From Felis catus (Eukaryota), in NCBI RefSeq assembly GCF_018350175.1, contig NC_058383.1:4588001-4650000 (forward strand): DNA of 62,000 bases, in the 5' to 3' direction. This document shows positions 1-13,418 of this stretch, piece after piece. How positions within the stretch are numbered: the first letter of the stretch is position 1; the number at the start of each line of letters is the position of its first letter. The position numbers were made by a program, and so were the translations under genes. A model generated the notes under the pieces. That model had not been told where the DNA came from, did no database searches, and was given only the letters and a program-made list of their open reading frames with translations.

Positions 1-26
1 CTCTCTCTGCCCCTCCTCTGCTCACA

Positions 27-73
<47 letters not shown>

Positions 74-535
74 CCTGTCTCCCTCTCTCCCTCAAAAATA
101 AATAAACATTAAAGAAAAAAAAAGAGCATGTGGGGCACCTAGGTGGCTCAGTCGGTTAAGTGTCCGACTTCAGCTCAGGACAGCTTGGTGCCTGTAGCCT
201 GCTTCAGATTCTGTGTCTCCCCCTCTCTCTGCCCTTCCCCTGCTCTGTCTCTGTCTCTCTCTGTCTCTCTCTCTCTCTCTTTCTCAAAAATAAATACACA
301 TTAGGGGCACCTGGGTGGCTCAGTCGGTTAAGCGTCCGACTTCAGATCAGGTCATGATCTCACGGTTTGTGAGTTCGAGCCCCGCATCGGGCTCTGTGCT
401 GACAGCTCAGAGCCCGGAGCCTGCTTCAGATTCTGTGTCTCTGTCTCTCTCTGCACTTCCCCCACTCGTGCTCTGTCTCTATCAAAAATAAAAAAATTGT
501 GAAAAAAAATTTTTTAATAAGTAAACATTAAAAAA
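1..535 (+). mobile_element. cluster of three CanSINE (SINEC_Fc-type) copies, partly nested
   Basis: GGGGCACC heads at 132 and 304, (CT)n tracts and AAATAAA-poly(A) tails. Confidence 0.9.
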
Positions 536-1035
536 AGCATGAACTGAGTCTAATAATATATTCTAAAAGTTCTTATAGGCTCCATCCAAAGATGCAAAAT
601 GGATTCATTGATATGAAACTTACTATTTAAATATATTGATAGTTAAAATGATCATTTTAGTAGACTTTTTTTTTTTAAAAATCACATGATAAGGCTGCCC
701 CTAGCCCCTCTCTCATACACAATACATGATGGCATAAAGAATATCTATTTAGACCAATATCCTACTTGGTTGTTCAAACTCTGCCAGTAATTCCAGAAAC
801 AGTATAGAATAAGTACAATTTATTGGCACTGTTTAGTAGCATGGGTGATCCCAAAGAACTAAATTTTAATAAATCCAGCGGTATAAATGCTATGAGCAAA
901 GAAAAAGCATAATTTTAAACTTTAAATTTCTTTTACCTTCCCTTAATTTGTGAATTTTGAATAATACATTTATAATGGCAAATGATGAGGGGAAAACCAC
1001 ACAAAAGAGTAGGTAGCCAGAATGAACCGAATCTA

Positions 1036-1238
1036 GGGGCACCTGGGTGGCTCAGTCGGTTAAGCGTCCGACTTCAGCTCAGGTCATGATCTCTCAGTTG
1101 GTGGGTTCGAGCCCTGCTTTGGGGCTCTGTGCTGATGGCTGAGCCTGGAGCCTGCTTCAGATTCTGTGTCTCCCTCTTTCTCTGCCCCTGCCCGCTCACA
1201 TTCTGTCTGTCTCTCTCCAAAATAAACATTAAAAAAGA
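1036..1238 (+). mobile_element. CanSINE
   Basis: tRNA-derived head, CT tract, A tail; flanked by AATGAAC..AA.CTA duplications. Confidence 0.9.
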
Positions 1239-1259
1239 ATGAACAGAACCTACAGAAAA

Positions 1260-2025
1260 ATATTGACAATTATATCTCTGAAAATAAACACCGACAAACA
1301 GGCCAAGTTTATTTTTTCAGAGCTTGCTGTCTCAAAGCACTCAGTCGTGGGGCGCCTGGGTGGCTCGGTCGGTTAAGCGTCCGACTTCGGCTCAGGTCAT
1401 GATCTCAGGGTCGTGAGTTTGAGCCCGACATCGGGCTCTGTGCTGACCGCTCAGAGCCTGGAGCCTGTTTCAGATTCTGTGTCTCCCTCTCTCTCTGCCC
1501 CTCCCCTGTTCATGCTCTGTCTCTCTCTGTCTCAAAAATAAATAAATGTTAAAAAAAAACAAATTAAAAAAAAAAAAGCAGTCGCTGTTAACTTGAGTTT
1601 TGGCAGAGACTCAAAGGCAGGCAGGGCAACGGGGAAGTTTTACTATGGGGAGAAAAGGGAAGGTTTCCAAATGCCCTCATTGGCGGCTGATGGCAGGACG
1701 AAGCTGGAAGCAAGCTAGCTTGGGAGTGGGGCATCCCATGTGATGGGTTAGCGGGTGTATATTCAATGTTTTCTCTGGTTACTCCTGAGTTAGAAGTGAG
1801 GACAAACATTAAGAAAGCTGCCAGTCATTGACGAAGTCCTGGCCATTTGGGACTGTGACAGAAGTTATTGTTCAGCTGCCTGGATTGTTACTAAAGATAG
1901 CAATCTGGCTTTCTGCGCTGTTTATTGTAGACAGGGGAGTTGGTTTCTGCGCAGGTGGCAGTGGTGATAGGTCAGCGTCCTATCTCGGTACATGGTCTGG
2001 CCGTTGTCCATTTGTATACTGATTA
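1260..2025 (-). mobile_element. ERV1-like solo LTR interrupted by a CanSINE (1348-1577)
   Basis: Resembles laurasiatherian ERV1 LTRs (ttttggcagagactcaaaggcaggcag...tggtctggccgttgtccatttgtata); minus-strand AATAAA near 1308. Confidence 0.55.
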
Positions 2026-2147
2026 TATTGTGAGTGTAACTTGATGATTGTCTTACTCAACCATGAGCTGCAACAATATTTGGGCAAGGGTTTGCTGAGA
2101 CCTGAGACTATTTCAAGGGCTCTTCCAGAGTAAAAATACTGAGAAAG

Positions 2148-2275
2148 ACTGCCTCTGATTCTGTGAAATGGGGATAATGATACCTACGCTGGGGACTGTC
2201 ATGAGGACTAAAGGATTTGAGTTTGTTTGTTTTACAAAACCAGGTGCCCGACATGGAGCCCCTCAGGTAATGGGC
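2148..2275 (+). mobile_element. MIR fragment
   Basis: MIR core ctgtgaaatggggataatgatacctac...gtcatgaggactaaa. Confidence 0.7.
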
Positions 2276-2299
2276 TTCTGGGTAGAGACATACAGACGG

Positions 2300-3010
2300 A
2301 CCCAGGCTGGGCGCCCAAATTGGCGGGGGGGGGGGGGGGAACGGGGGCCATGACCGGTCCCTCAACACGGCGCAGGACTGGGGGCGACCCAGTCCGATCC
2401 GGTGGAAAGCCCCCGGGGCGACCGCTGGCTGGCAACAACGCGGGAGAAGGTGCGTTTTCCCACAACCCACCGGTCCACACGGCGCCCGCGGCGCGGCGCC
2501 TGCTGGCCCACACCTGCCGCCCCGTGGCCGGAAACGGCTGGGCCGCCGGCCGGAAGTACCTCACCGCGGAGTCTCCCGGGAGTTGTAGTTCCGCCCAGTC
2601 CAGGGGCATCTCGGCTGTGTCCCGAGGTCTCCCACAGCAATCTGCGCACTTCCGGACCCTTGGCGGGGTTCGCGTGGCCGGCACCTGGGACTTAGCCAGT
2701 CCTGAGGCTCCCGCTGCATCTGGGACTGACGATTCCCTCTGCCCCCGCGGTAGAGAGGGCACGTGTGGCAGAGCCACGGCTGCAGAGCTGGCGGGCCCTG
2801 GGAGGGGTGCTCTGCTAGGGGGGTCTGGTGGGCGGCTCTGTCTGACGTCTACTGGGGAGGGTCAGGGTTCCTGTCTGGTTTGGGGCGGGAGCTGTGGGCA
2901 GGCTGGTCTCATTGCTTTGCTTTACAGCCCAGCGTCGTCGGAGCCCACCGTCCGTCCACAGAGGGCTTAGCGCGGTGGACCCGTGACAGCCTTGGCCCCG
3001 GTGAGCTGGG
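2300..3010 (+). promoter_or_regulatory. CpG-island promoter and probable non-coding first exon of the + strand KRAB-ZNF gene
   Basis: CpG-dense. ZNF143/SBS motif (reverse complement GAACTACAACTCCCGGG) at 2575-2591; ETS sites CCGGAAGT 2550-2557 and ACTTCCGG 2648-2655; strong candidate donor CCG|GTGAGC at 3000/3001. ZNF143+ETS is typical of KRAB-ZNF promoters; the TSS is inferred. Confidence 0.75.
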
Positions 3011-3294
3011 GGCCAGCTCTTTCCCGAATGGTCACCCTTCTTTCCAGATACTGGATTTGTTTCTGTCCCTTGACCCGGAGCTTTTCTGCCCGTCCAGGTC
3101 CCTGAACTCCGCCTGGGTGGCCGGGCCTCCCGTGGGTGAGGAGGGACTGCTGAGGAAGCCCCCCCCCCCCTTCTGTCCGACCCTCTGTCACTCCTTCGGA
3201 CCCCACATCACAGCCAACGGTAGGCTCTGAGCTATGAGGGCAAGGAAGGAGGGAGTGAAATGATTGGTATTTCAGGGATTTATGGTGTCGGTGT

Positions 3295-3900
3295 TCCTAT
3301 GACCAATGTTTATTGAGTGTCTGGGTCAGGCAACTGGTGTAGCACCGGGTTCTATTCTTGGCTAGAGACCTAGGGCGGTGTCGGTCCCCTGAACAGATAA
3401 GGGCCACCAAGGTGTGGGTGCTCTGATAATGACGCCTATCTATGGATGAATGGACACCAAGGAGGGAGGTCAGTTCCTGCTGGGGGAGGTACAACCGAAG
3501 ATCAGATTTGAAATAAGGTCTCCATAGGTAAAAAGGGGCAAAAGCGTTGGGGTTAGGGAACAGCCTGTGCAAAAGCATGAAACCCGTGGGTACTGCTGGA
3601 TTTGGCACCATGGAAGAGCCTGGAAGGGGTGTGTGTGGTGAGACTGGAGGTGGTTCCAAGAGCGTATCAACCCAGCGGCTGGGTTAGGGGGTAGGGACTG
3701 GGTCCTGTTAGTGCCTGAAGTGTTTTAGGCAAGGCTGTAAGTGTGGTTACATTGGTCTTTGGTGTTACTATACCGGCAGTGAGTGGAGTCGATGGAGACC
3801 AGGCTAAGGTAGTGAGAAAAGTAAGTAGGGGAATGTATCTTGGGTTTGTGAAGCCGCCAGCACGGGCAGGGGTGGGTGACGGTGGGGCTGTGTGAGTGCC
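3295..3900 (-). mobile_element. L2 LINE 3' remnant
   Basis: Starts with aatgtttattgagtgtct (reverse of the L2 3' end), followed by typical degenerate L2 text. Confidence 0.5.
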
Positions 3901-4699
3901 TCTGTCTGAATGCTGATCAAGCAGGGAGGAGATGATCAAGCAGGGCGTCTACAGTTCAGTGTAGACTCTTCTTTCCCCGCACTCGATTAGGAGAGAGAGC
4001 CACAGTGAGGGGACCACAGTGATGCAGAGATGAGGGAGAATTTGTCTGTCTTTGAGGCTTTTTTGGTCAAGGTAGGACGGACAAGCTGGGGCAGGGAGTG
4101 GGGGAAACGAAACCTGGTCCTGTAATTGTAAGTCTTAATGGTTTTTTCCATTATAACTTGAATTTGGGTCTTCTTGAAGGAGGTTTTTTTTTCTATTACA
4201 ACCCATAACTGTTTCTTACTGTGTTCAATTAGTAACATTAGAAAAGATCTCAAATGTATATAGCAAAGTAACAAAAGGAAACTTTCGTAGTTATCGTTTA
4301 GATTGAGCAAATGTTAAAAGTTTATTTGCTTCAGATCTTCTAAAGAACAAAAACCTTATACGTACCACTGGATCCCTTTTAATATCACCCTTCATTCCGT
4401 TTCCCTTCCTCTCAGGGTGACAACTCCCGAGATGACTTTATTCTTACATGTTCTTTACTTCCTAGATAGGAATGTGGTCATAAACAATATATTATTTTTT
4501 CGTTCGTTACCTTTGCCTGTATTTCTTCTGCTTTGCCTTTTTCTTATTGATTTTTAGTAATTGTTTTCATCTATTCTAGATACAAAACCATTTATAGCTT
4601 ATGCACATTGTGAAAATCTTAAGTAGTTTGATAGGGCCTGGTGTTTTCTTGATGGGTATAATTCTGAGTACATTTTATTTAATGTTTAGTGGGGTTCTT

Positions 4700-7400
4700 T
4701 TTCTGCCTTCTGTTGCTTTGTCAATTTTAGTACTTTGTATTTTTCTAGGAAATTGCCCAGTTTAATTTCAGATTTATGGCATTAAATTGTCTATAGTGAT
4801 CTCATAATTTAAAAACATCTCTACTACATCTGAAATGGTTTCTTTTTTCCCTGTTTAAACATTGCATTTTTTTGCCTTCTCTTGTTTTCTCCATCGGTCA
4901 TACCTGAACTTAGTGTGTTTTATTAGCTTTAAATACCAACCAATTATGCTATTAGTTTTAATCTTTTACAAGAGCTGATTTTAGTTTTTTCTTTGTAATT
5001 TTTTATTTGGGTACAACTTCAGACTTCAGAGAAAACTCACAAGGGTAGAATAGTACAGAGAATTCCAGAACACCTTTCATCTAAATTTCTCAAGTATGAA
5101 CATTTTGCCACATTTGTATGGAGGGAGGTCGAGGGATTTGCGAGCCGATTAAAGAAAAGATGTCACCGTATGACCAGAAGTGCACGCAAGCTTTACTGAA
5201 GCATGCACGTTGGGGAGAGGTCCCTCGCAGCATGAGGCCATCCAGAATTTGGGGCCCAGGGCCCACTTCCCAGGAGGGAGGTGGAAAGGATACCCCTGGG
5301 TGTCTCTGGGTCAGAGGCACTTGGGGTCTTGGTAGCCACATGGTGTATTTTATCTATGGCTACCAGATGCTAGCGTATGGTTTCTTGGGGCGGGGAAAGC
5401 AGGCAGGTTCCAGACGACTAAAAATCTGTTCGTATTTGGGCTATCTTTAAAATGAATGCATGTGTTAACATCTGAGTTTGGTGCTGCTGGTCTTTTGAGC
5501 CAATGGTCTCAGCCTGCCAGGGGCCACTCTGCAGAGGCCATCGCTGGGTCATTTATACACAACTTGCTCTCTCTCTCTCTCTCTCTTCTCTCTCTTCCTC
5601 TCCCCTTGACAGATATATGTGTGTGTGCAAATACTTGGTGTGCATTTCCCAGAGACAAGGCTATTCTGTCACACAGCCGCAGGATAATGATCAAAACCAG
5701 GAAATTAGCGTTGAGACAATACTGTTGTCTAACCCACGTCTCGTACTCAGCTATCACCTGTTGTCTCCGTAAGACCCTTTCTAGCTAAAGGAGATCTCGG
5801 ATCATGCATCTGTTCTCCCATTTTCCTTTGTCGTCTTTTCTCTGGAACAGTACCCCAATCATTCGTTGTCTTTGCTAGCATTGACATTTTTGAGGAGTAC
5901 AGGCGGTTATTTTGTGGAACGTTTATCAATGTAGGTCTGACTAATGTTTCACCATGATTAGATTCAGGTAATACATTTGTGGCAGGCTTTTTCTTTTTTT
6001 CACCTGTTCTATTATTTCTTTGGTTTTTCCTTTTTAAAATCTCTGCTCCTACTTGCTTCTTTTGTGTTGCTTGGGTTTACTCTTTGCTGTGTTAGCCTCC
6101 TGCGATGAATGTTGTTAATTTTCAGATTTTGTCTAATCTGTATCTTAGGGCTGTGATTTGTTTTAAGTCTGTGTTTGTAACTGTGCACCAGGTTTGATAT
6201 GTAACATTTTTTGCAGCCATTGTTCTAAATAATTTTGCATTCTTCTTCTTTTCTAGTTGTGTTGCTTTTGTGTTGAGAGAGCAGCATCTATGCAATACTG
6301 ATTTAAGTAACTTGTTGAAGTTTATTTTTAGCTTTTTCGGGTCAATTTTTAGCTCCCAGGTGTGCTTAAAAGAAGAATGTATGTTCTCTAATCAAGTACT
6401 TTCTTGTGTCTGATCCAGTAGGTCAGGCTTTTAAATTTTTTCTTAATGTTTGATTTTGAGAGAAAGAGAAAAAAAGATGAGTGGGGGAGGGGCAGAGAGA
6501 GAGAGGGAGACACAGAATCCGAAGCAGGCTCCAGGCTCTGAGCTATCAGCACAGAGCCCGACGTGGGGCTCAAACTCACGGAGCGTGAGATCATAACCTG
6601 AGCCGAAGTCGGATGCTCTACCGACTGAGCCACCCAGGAGCCCCAAATGTTTATTTTTGAGAGAGAGAGAGAGAAAGAGAGTACATGTGCAAATGGGAGA
6701 GGGGCAAAGAGAGAAGGAGACACAGAATCCACAGCAGGCTCCAGGTTCTGAGCTGTCAGCACAGAGCCCGACGTGGGGCTCCAACCCACAAATCGTGAGA
6801 TAGGACCTGAGCTGAAGTCGGACGCTTAACCGACTGAGCCACCCAGGCGCCCCAATAGGTCAGGCTTTTCAATTGTTATTCAGATGTTGCACACTCTTGG
6901 GGCGCCTGGGTGGCTCAGTAGGTTAAGGGTCTGACTTGATTTCGCCTCAGGTCACGAGCTCATAGTTTGGCTCAGGTCATGATCTCATAGTTTGTGGGTT
7001 GGAGCCCCACGTCGGGCTCCTTGCTGACAGGATTCTGTCTCCTCTCTCTGCCCCTCCCCTGCTCACTCTCTATTTCTCTCTCAAAATAAATAAATAGTTT
7101 TTTTTTTTTTTTTTAATGTTGTATACTCTTACTATTTATTTTTTGTATCCCGAATCCTCTAGGTTCTGTTCATGGCGATGTGGAGTTGTCTGTTTCCCCT
7201 CATGGCGTGTGTGTTCCATGTGTTTGAGCTGCACACTCATCACATCACGCTCGTGTGTTGGTACGCACAGACCTAAGATCGAGTGGGCCTCAGCTCCTTG
7301 CTTTGTCTCTGCAGTGGGTTGTTGTTTCTGGCTTTTTGTACGTCTCGAAGTTTGATTGTTTAAATGAACACCGGGCCGTGTGTGTGGGAGTAGAGACCCT
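4700..7400 (-). mobile_element. old L1 (L1M) fragments with inserted LTR-like element (~5117-5561) and CanSINEs (6432-6853 pair, 6898-7096)
   Basis: T-rich antisense L1 text (aacattttgccacattt, ttgacatttttgaggagtacagg). The SINE pair is flanked by the duplication TAGGTCAGGCTTTT. Confidence 0.55.
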
Positions 7401-9534
7401 CTTGCTGTGCGCGGGGCTGGGAGGCAGGATGTCGGTGCAGTGAGCCTGGTCGGGCATTGCCGGCGCTGGCATTTGCTGTTGCTGTGGTTACGGTCAGGCC
7501 CCCGCTGGCTTCAAGTGTCTCTGCTCTGTGCTTAGGGTGGGCCGGTTCCTGTCCCCCGCTCTGGGACCCGCCTACCCCCTTCGACCTTCTCCTCGTGCTC
7601 GTGCCCCCGCTGGCTCCTCAGTGCTGCCCAGCCTGGTGGTGGAGGGCCCTGGTCCCCGAGTCTGCCCCTCCCGCTGTGGTAGGAGGCTGTGAGTCTGAGT
7701 CGAGGACATATACCTGTCCCCTTCCCCTGGGACAGGGTGTTCTTCTCCTTCTCCCTGCCAGGTGCCATGGGTCTTAGCTGTGCTCTGGGAGCAGTGGGTT
7801 GTGCTGCCCTTCCCTCAGCTGCACAGGGCTTTGTTCCTCCACAGGGGAATTTCTAGGAGGATGGGGCTTCCCCGGGTTTCCCTGCATGGCAGCCACTGCC
7901 CTCCTCCAGACCTCACCACCCAGGGGGTCTCTCTGTGGTCTCCCAGCCGTCTTCTTTCTCCTGAGCGCCCAGTGGAGAGCCACGGACCAGATTACCACAA
8001 ATTCAGTGATTGAAAGCTGGGCTGGCTCAGTCGGAAGAGCGCACAACTCTTGATCTTGGGGTCGTGAGTTCGAGCCCCACGTTGGGTGTAGAGATCACTT
8101 AAATAAAACTTTAAAATAAAGTAACACCCGCTGTCACCTCACAGCTCTGCAGGCCACAGTCCAGGGCCTCCCAAGGCCAGAGTCAATGTGGTGGATGGTG
8201 GGCCTCTTCCCCGAGCGGCTGGAGGTAGAGTCTGTTCTGGGCTTATTGGTGGAAGTCAGTATCTGGTGGTGTTAGGCCCGAGGCCCCCGATTCCTCGCTT
8301 GCTGCCAGCAGAGGTTTTGCTCAGCTTTCGCACGGGATGGTGAAGGATCCTTCTTGTGTTTCGCTCTCTCTGGCTTCCCCTGTGCCCCCATCAGAGGCAA
8401 ATGTGCTGCTAATGTTTTCACGTGAGTCTCACAGTGCCGTCTATTGTTTACAGGTGTTCTTAGTGTCTGTTGCAAAGGCTGAGAGACAGGCGGTGACCAG
8501 GCAGCTCAGTCCTGCTGTGGATTCCAGCTCCTTCTAACTCCCAGACGGCCTCCAGGCGGGAGCTGAGCCTCTGGCCACGTAAGTTCTCAGCAGGAGAGCA
8601 GAGCTTTGCCAGTTGGAGTTGACCCCAGTCCTCAAGCCCCAGGCACCCCACCGATAGAATAATTCTTGGAAAGAAGGTGACCCGACAGCAGCAATCTACT
8701 TTGGAAGCGGGGCTCCCTCTCTGAGCTCCCTCTCGTAGCTTAGGGATAAAGTTGGAGGTCACAGAACGGGGTGGCTTCCAGAAAGTGTCCCTAAAACAGC
8801 TGAGGATGAGCTTGCTGACCGTGAATTTGGGTGATGCCATCGCATTAGGGGATCTGTCTAGGATTTGGTCGAGGGGAAGGTTTGCTAGGAGGAGAGGGGG
8901 TCCCCCGCTTTAAGGTTAGGGAAGCACAAACGAGGGAAGGGATCCCCGCAACACTCAGGCGACCCCCGTGCGGATTTCTCTACACTCGGTGCCTTCACTG
9001 TCCTTCTCTACTGCCCCCTGGCCCCCCACTGCCCCTCACTCCACTGCTTGTGAGATGCAGACCGTCCTCATGTAGTCGAGGCACAAAAGTTGCTTTCTTA
9101 ACCTAAGAGTATTTCATTTTTCCTTCTCATGTTAAAGACGAAAGAAAATGGGCGTGAGAGAGGTGTTCAGAGCCACCCAGCTTACTAGAGGCCGAGCCAG
9201 CACTAGCGCCCAGGGCTCCCGTCCGCCAGGGCCCGCCAGGCGGGGGCTTCCTCCTGGGCGCCTCAGTTCATCGCTAAAACCCGCCCCTTCCCACCTTCCA
9301 CCCCTTCAGACCCTCTCACGGATCTCCTCTCCTCCAGGGGAAGGACTCTGGTAGGAGGTCATGGAGAGAAAACCCAGTAAGATGATATATGTATATTTTT
9401 ATGAGATACTTAAACAGTGAGCATATGTTTATTGTCTAAAATAAATTAGAAAATGCCACTATTGTAAAAACAAACAAACACATCCTACCATGCAAAGGTC
9501 ACCATTGTTAACATTTTGTGTGTTTTGTCCAGAA

Positions 9535-9566
<32 letters not shown>

Positions 9567-9679
9567 ACAAAAACCCATTCCATGTGCTGAAATTGATGTA
9601 GACAAACAGGCAACAGAGCAAAATGTCCCAGTGTCCCCTTTGAGCACTGTTTTGGACCCACTCTATTGGGTCTGCCTTC

Positions 9680-10130
9680 CTGCACTTGTTCCCTGGGGTT
9701 CCTACAAGGTACCACAAACTGAGCTGCCTAAACAACAGACACGTGATCTCTCTTGACTCTCTTGACGTTAGAAGTGAAGGCGCGGGTGTGGCCCGTTCCT
9801 TCTGAGGCCCTGATTGGGGGGCCCGTTCCCGGCCTCTTCCCCGCCTTCTGGGGCTTTGGCGGCAATCTGTGCCCATTCTTGGTTTCTGCTGCATCACTCC
9901 GAGCTCTGCCGTCATCCTCCCTGACGTTCTCCCTGTGTGAGTCCCTGGCCCCAGTTTCCCCCTTTTGTAAGGACGCTAGTCCTTCCTCCTGGACTGGGGC
10001 CCGTCCTCATGACCACACCGTCACCTGATCATTGACAAAGGCTCTGTTTCTAAAGAAGGTCACATTCTGAGATATTGACGGCTAGGATCCCCAGCAGATC
10101 TTTCTGGGGCACAGAGTTCAGCCCAGAACA
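9680..10130. mobile_element. MLT1 (MaLR) solo LTR
   Basis: taccacaaactgagctgcctaaacaacag...ggtcacattctgag...ttcagcccagaaca, typical MLT1 motifs. Confidence 0.7.
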
Positions 10131-12109
10131 CTCTGCTGCCAGGATGACATCTCTGGTAACCCAGAGGGGTCCTGTTACTTGAGGCTGTAATAAGGAACAG
10201 TCTCTCCTGGCTTGCTGGCGGGCTAGTGAACATCTCACTGCCACATCCGGGTTCTCTCTCTCCCTGTGGATCTGCAGCTCTCCACTTCCCCCCACCCCCC
10301 ATGGAGGGCCTGTGATCTCTTCTGTCTCTGCTTCTCCTTAACCCTTCCTTCTCATTGGACCACTTCTTTCTCCACCGGGGGCAGGGTGGAGAAGGGGAAA
10401 TGGAAGGGAAGTGACACAAACATTTCCTTGCTTGTCGGTTCCGGTAGCTCTCCCCCTGCCCAGCCATCTGTCCTTTATCACACGGGAGGCCGCGTGATGG
10501 CTTTGTAGGGGTGCAGAGCCTGTGACACGAGCAGGGGCTCTCTGGCAGACCTCTGTGCCCGCTCCTGGCTCAGTGCTCTTGCTTCCCAGGGCTGGCTCTC
10601 TGTGTCCCGCAGGCAGCCTGCTCTCTCCCCATGTTGTTCAGGCTCCCCTAGCTTCCTGCCCCCCACGTGGCCCCGAGGAATGCTGCATCCTTGTTCTAAC
10701 ACAGGCAGGCCGTGCAGGTGTCTCCCATTCCTGCCCCCACCCCCCACCTGGCCACCACGGTGGCCTCTGCCGGCTTCTCACTTCCAAGAGCTCCCTCCTG
10801 CCGTTGGGCTCCCGCATCTGCAAAGCTTCCCCCAGAACGCTTGCGCGCCCCCCCCCCCCCTTGTTGAACCACCACATGCCCAGGTGTTTCTGTAGCTGGG
10901 CACGCGTCCAGCCTGGGGAGCCAGGTTACTCCCCCACTTTTGCCGGCTCAACCGTCCCTCTTGTCTTGGGAGGGGGGTAAAACACCATGTATCTACGTCT
11001 TCAGTAGTGCCCCTCCCTGCTCCTTCGCTCTTCCTTATCCGAAGGAAGGTGTCTGTTAGGTTGGGTCTGCCAGCTCCTCCAGAGAATTTGGGGTGTCTTG
11101 GAATTGAGCTAAAACTTCAGGTACCCGGGGAAAATACCACCCACCTCTGCCTGTTACCCATCTGTGAGTCATGTGTTTGTGAATTTCATAGCTTCCTTTT
11201 TATTTATTAATTTTTTCCCCACTTACTGGTGTTGCCAGAAGCTAGTTCTTATCAGATATTCTGTAACAGTTTAGGTTGATTCATAGCATGGCATGCTTTG
11301 ATTATGTCATAATTGATTAACCAATCTGTTATTTTTAAGCACTTAGGTAGTCTCCAATTTAAAAACCAAAACCAAAACTCCCTCGGAATTCTTTATGGAG
11401 TTTCTGAAATTCTAGAGTTTGAGCGTCTCTGCAGACTTCTTGGACCCAACTCCAGTGTGTGTCTGTCCTGAGTAGGAACATTCCTAAGACCAACCTCGTG
11501 TCTGTTCAGGAGAGAGATAGGTGTGGGGTCCCGTTGATGATTCCAGCCACAGTAAACTTGCTCCTGAACCTTCGTGTTCCTGTCCCCTGGCCAAATGAGG
11601 AAAGGAGGAGGAGGGCTCAGGAGAAGCCATCAGATCTTGTCCCATGTTTGGTAAGTGGCAGAGCCAGACCGGGACTGCTTCCCGGGCAGAGGCCAGCACA
11701 GCCGAGCCAGGGCGGTTCTTCCTGACTGTGAACGTGGACAGGCTGCAGGTGGAACAGAAGCACAGGGGACCCAGTGGGTCCGGGATGGGATTGAGGGCCC
11801 TGCCAAGTAGCCCTCAGCTTGTCTCAGCTGAACTCCATTCATTGGACTCTGCCCTTCCAGATCCCATTGTTAGATTTTCCTGTGAGTTGACCCCAGCGTC
11901 TACCAGGGGCAGGAGAGGTGACAGAGGTTCGGGTTCGAAGCTTCATAGGCTACAGATATTTTAAAAATAACTTCGGTACACATAGTACCAGTTGGTCCTA
12001 GAAGAGATTAGGAAATTCATCTAAGTACAAAAAAAAAATGTTCAGTGGTCATTACCTACCTAGGGCTAACTGCTGCTACCTTTTTGCCTTGCATCATCTC
12101 AGAGATCTA

Positions 12110-12147
<38 letters not shown>

Positions 12148-12768
12148 TGTGTGCATGTGTGTGTCTGTGTGCATGGGATCAAATAGTCTTCGGCCACCTT
12201 TTTTAATTATCCGTATGCTATCCAATAAAACCGTTTTTTCCATGATTTTGTTTTCATTAGCTACATAACGTTTATTTCCCTTTGGAGTAGTGTTTTATTT
12301 AACGGGTCCTGTGTAGATGGATATTGCGTTATTTTCTGGGTTTTTTTTTTTTTTTCAGAGTTTTAACGAACTATAATAAACACCTTGGCGACTAACTCTT
12401 CGCCTGAACTCATGATTGTTTCTTCAGAATAAATTTCTATTCAATTTCTGAGTAACGAGGGGAGGGGTTAGTAAATTGCACATTGACTATGGAGACAGAC
12501 ATGAGTGCATTAAGTAGACAAGGAGAATCCAGGTTGAACCCTCGCCAGGTTGGGTCCCCGTCTCTCTGCAAGGCGTGGGCATTATGTGATGTCCTCGGTG
12601 GGGAGAGGGGGGGAGGGGAGCCTGTCCTCCCCCAGGCCTGGTGGGGGGTGGCAGCAGTTGATCCAGAGGCCCGGGGCAAGCTTGACCTCTCACGTCCTCT
12701 CCCCTGCCCTCCCCTCCCCATCTCTGCTTACACAGGTGTCTGCTTTCCCCCGCCCAGCAGGGAAGACC

Positions 12769-12777
12769 ATGTCCCAG
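12769..12777 (+). CDS. KRAB-ZNF (ZNF890/ZNF815-like by synteny), start-codon exon coding part MSQ (exon 12736-12777)
   Basis: Acceptor ctctgcttacacag|G at 12735/12736; accATG TCC CAG then donor GTGAGT at 12778. The phase-0 end joins the KRAB-A exon, the usual layout of KRAB-ZNF start exons. Confidence 0.7.
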
Positions 12778-12989
12778 GTGAGTGTGGCATTTCTTTCTAC
12801 CGCACTGTGCTTTCCCGGGGACTTAGGGATGCTTCTAAGAATGCAGCCAATAAAATACTGCAAGCAGGACCCAAGATCACTGAGGATGCAAGGCAAGTGG
12901 AAAATGGAGGCCACGGGGAGGGCGGGGCGGATGCGCTGCTGAGGCCGCCACAGTTCTGAGGTGCCCGGTGTCTGCCATTTCTGGCACTT

Positions 12990-13418
12990 AAAAAAAATAC
13001 ATAGTTTTTTAATGTTTATTTTTGAGAGAGAAACAGAGTGTGAGTGGGGAAGGGGCAGAGAGAGAGGGAGACACAGAATCCGAAGCAGGCTCTGGGCTGT
13101 CAGCACAGAGCCTGATGCAGGGCTCAAACCCACGAACCCTGAGATCCTGACCTGAGCCGAAGTCAGACGCTTAACTGACTGAGACACCCAGGCGCCCCTC
13201 TGGCACTTTTATTTATTTTATTAAAATTTTTTTTAATATTTGTTTAAGAGAGAGAGAAAGCCATCGGGGAGGGCAGAGAGAGGGAGAGACAGACAAGCCA
13301 AGCATGCTCTGCACTGTCAGCACTTAGCCCCACGGGGCTCGAACCTACGAACCATGAGATCATGAGCTGAACTGAAATCAAGAGTCGGACACAACCGACT
13401 GAGCCACACAGGCGCCCC
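12990..13418 (-). mobile_element. two tandem CanSINEs
   Basis: Reverse-strand heads end at ~13197 and ~13418. Confidence 0.9.

Noticed and set aside
132..535. tRNA-like A/B boxes, here and in all SINE heads
   Set aside because: These are tRNA-derived CanSINEs, not tRNA genes. Their recurring ORFs (AQSLEPASDSVSPSL) are likewise non-genic.
2227..3230. several 100-250 aa ORFs in the CpG island
   Set aside because: Low-complexity G/A/P/R ORFs typical of promoter CpG islands.
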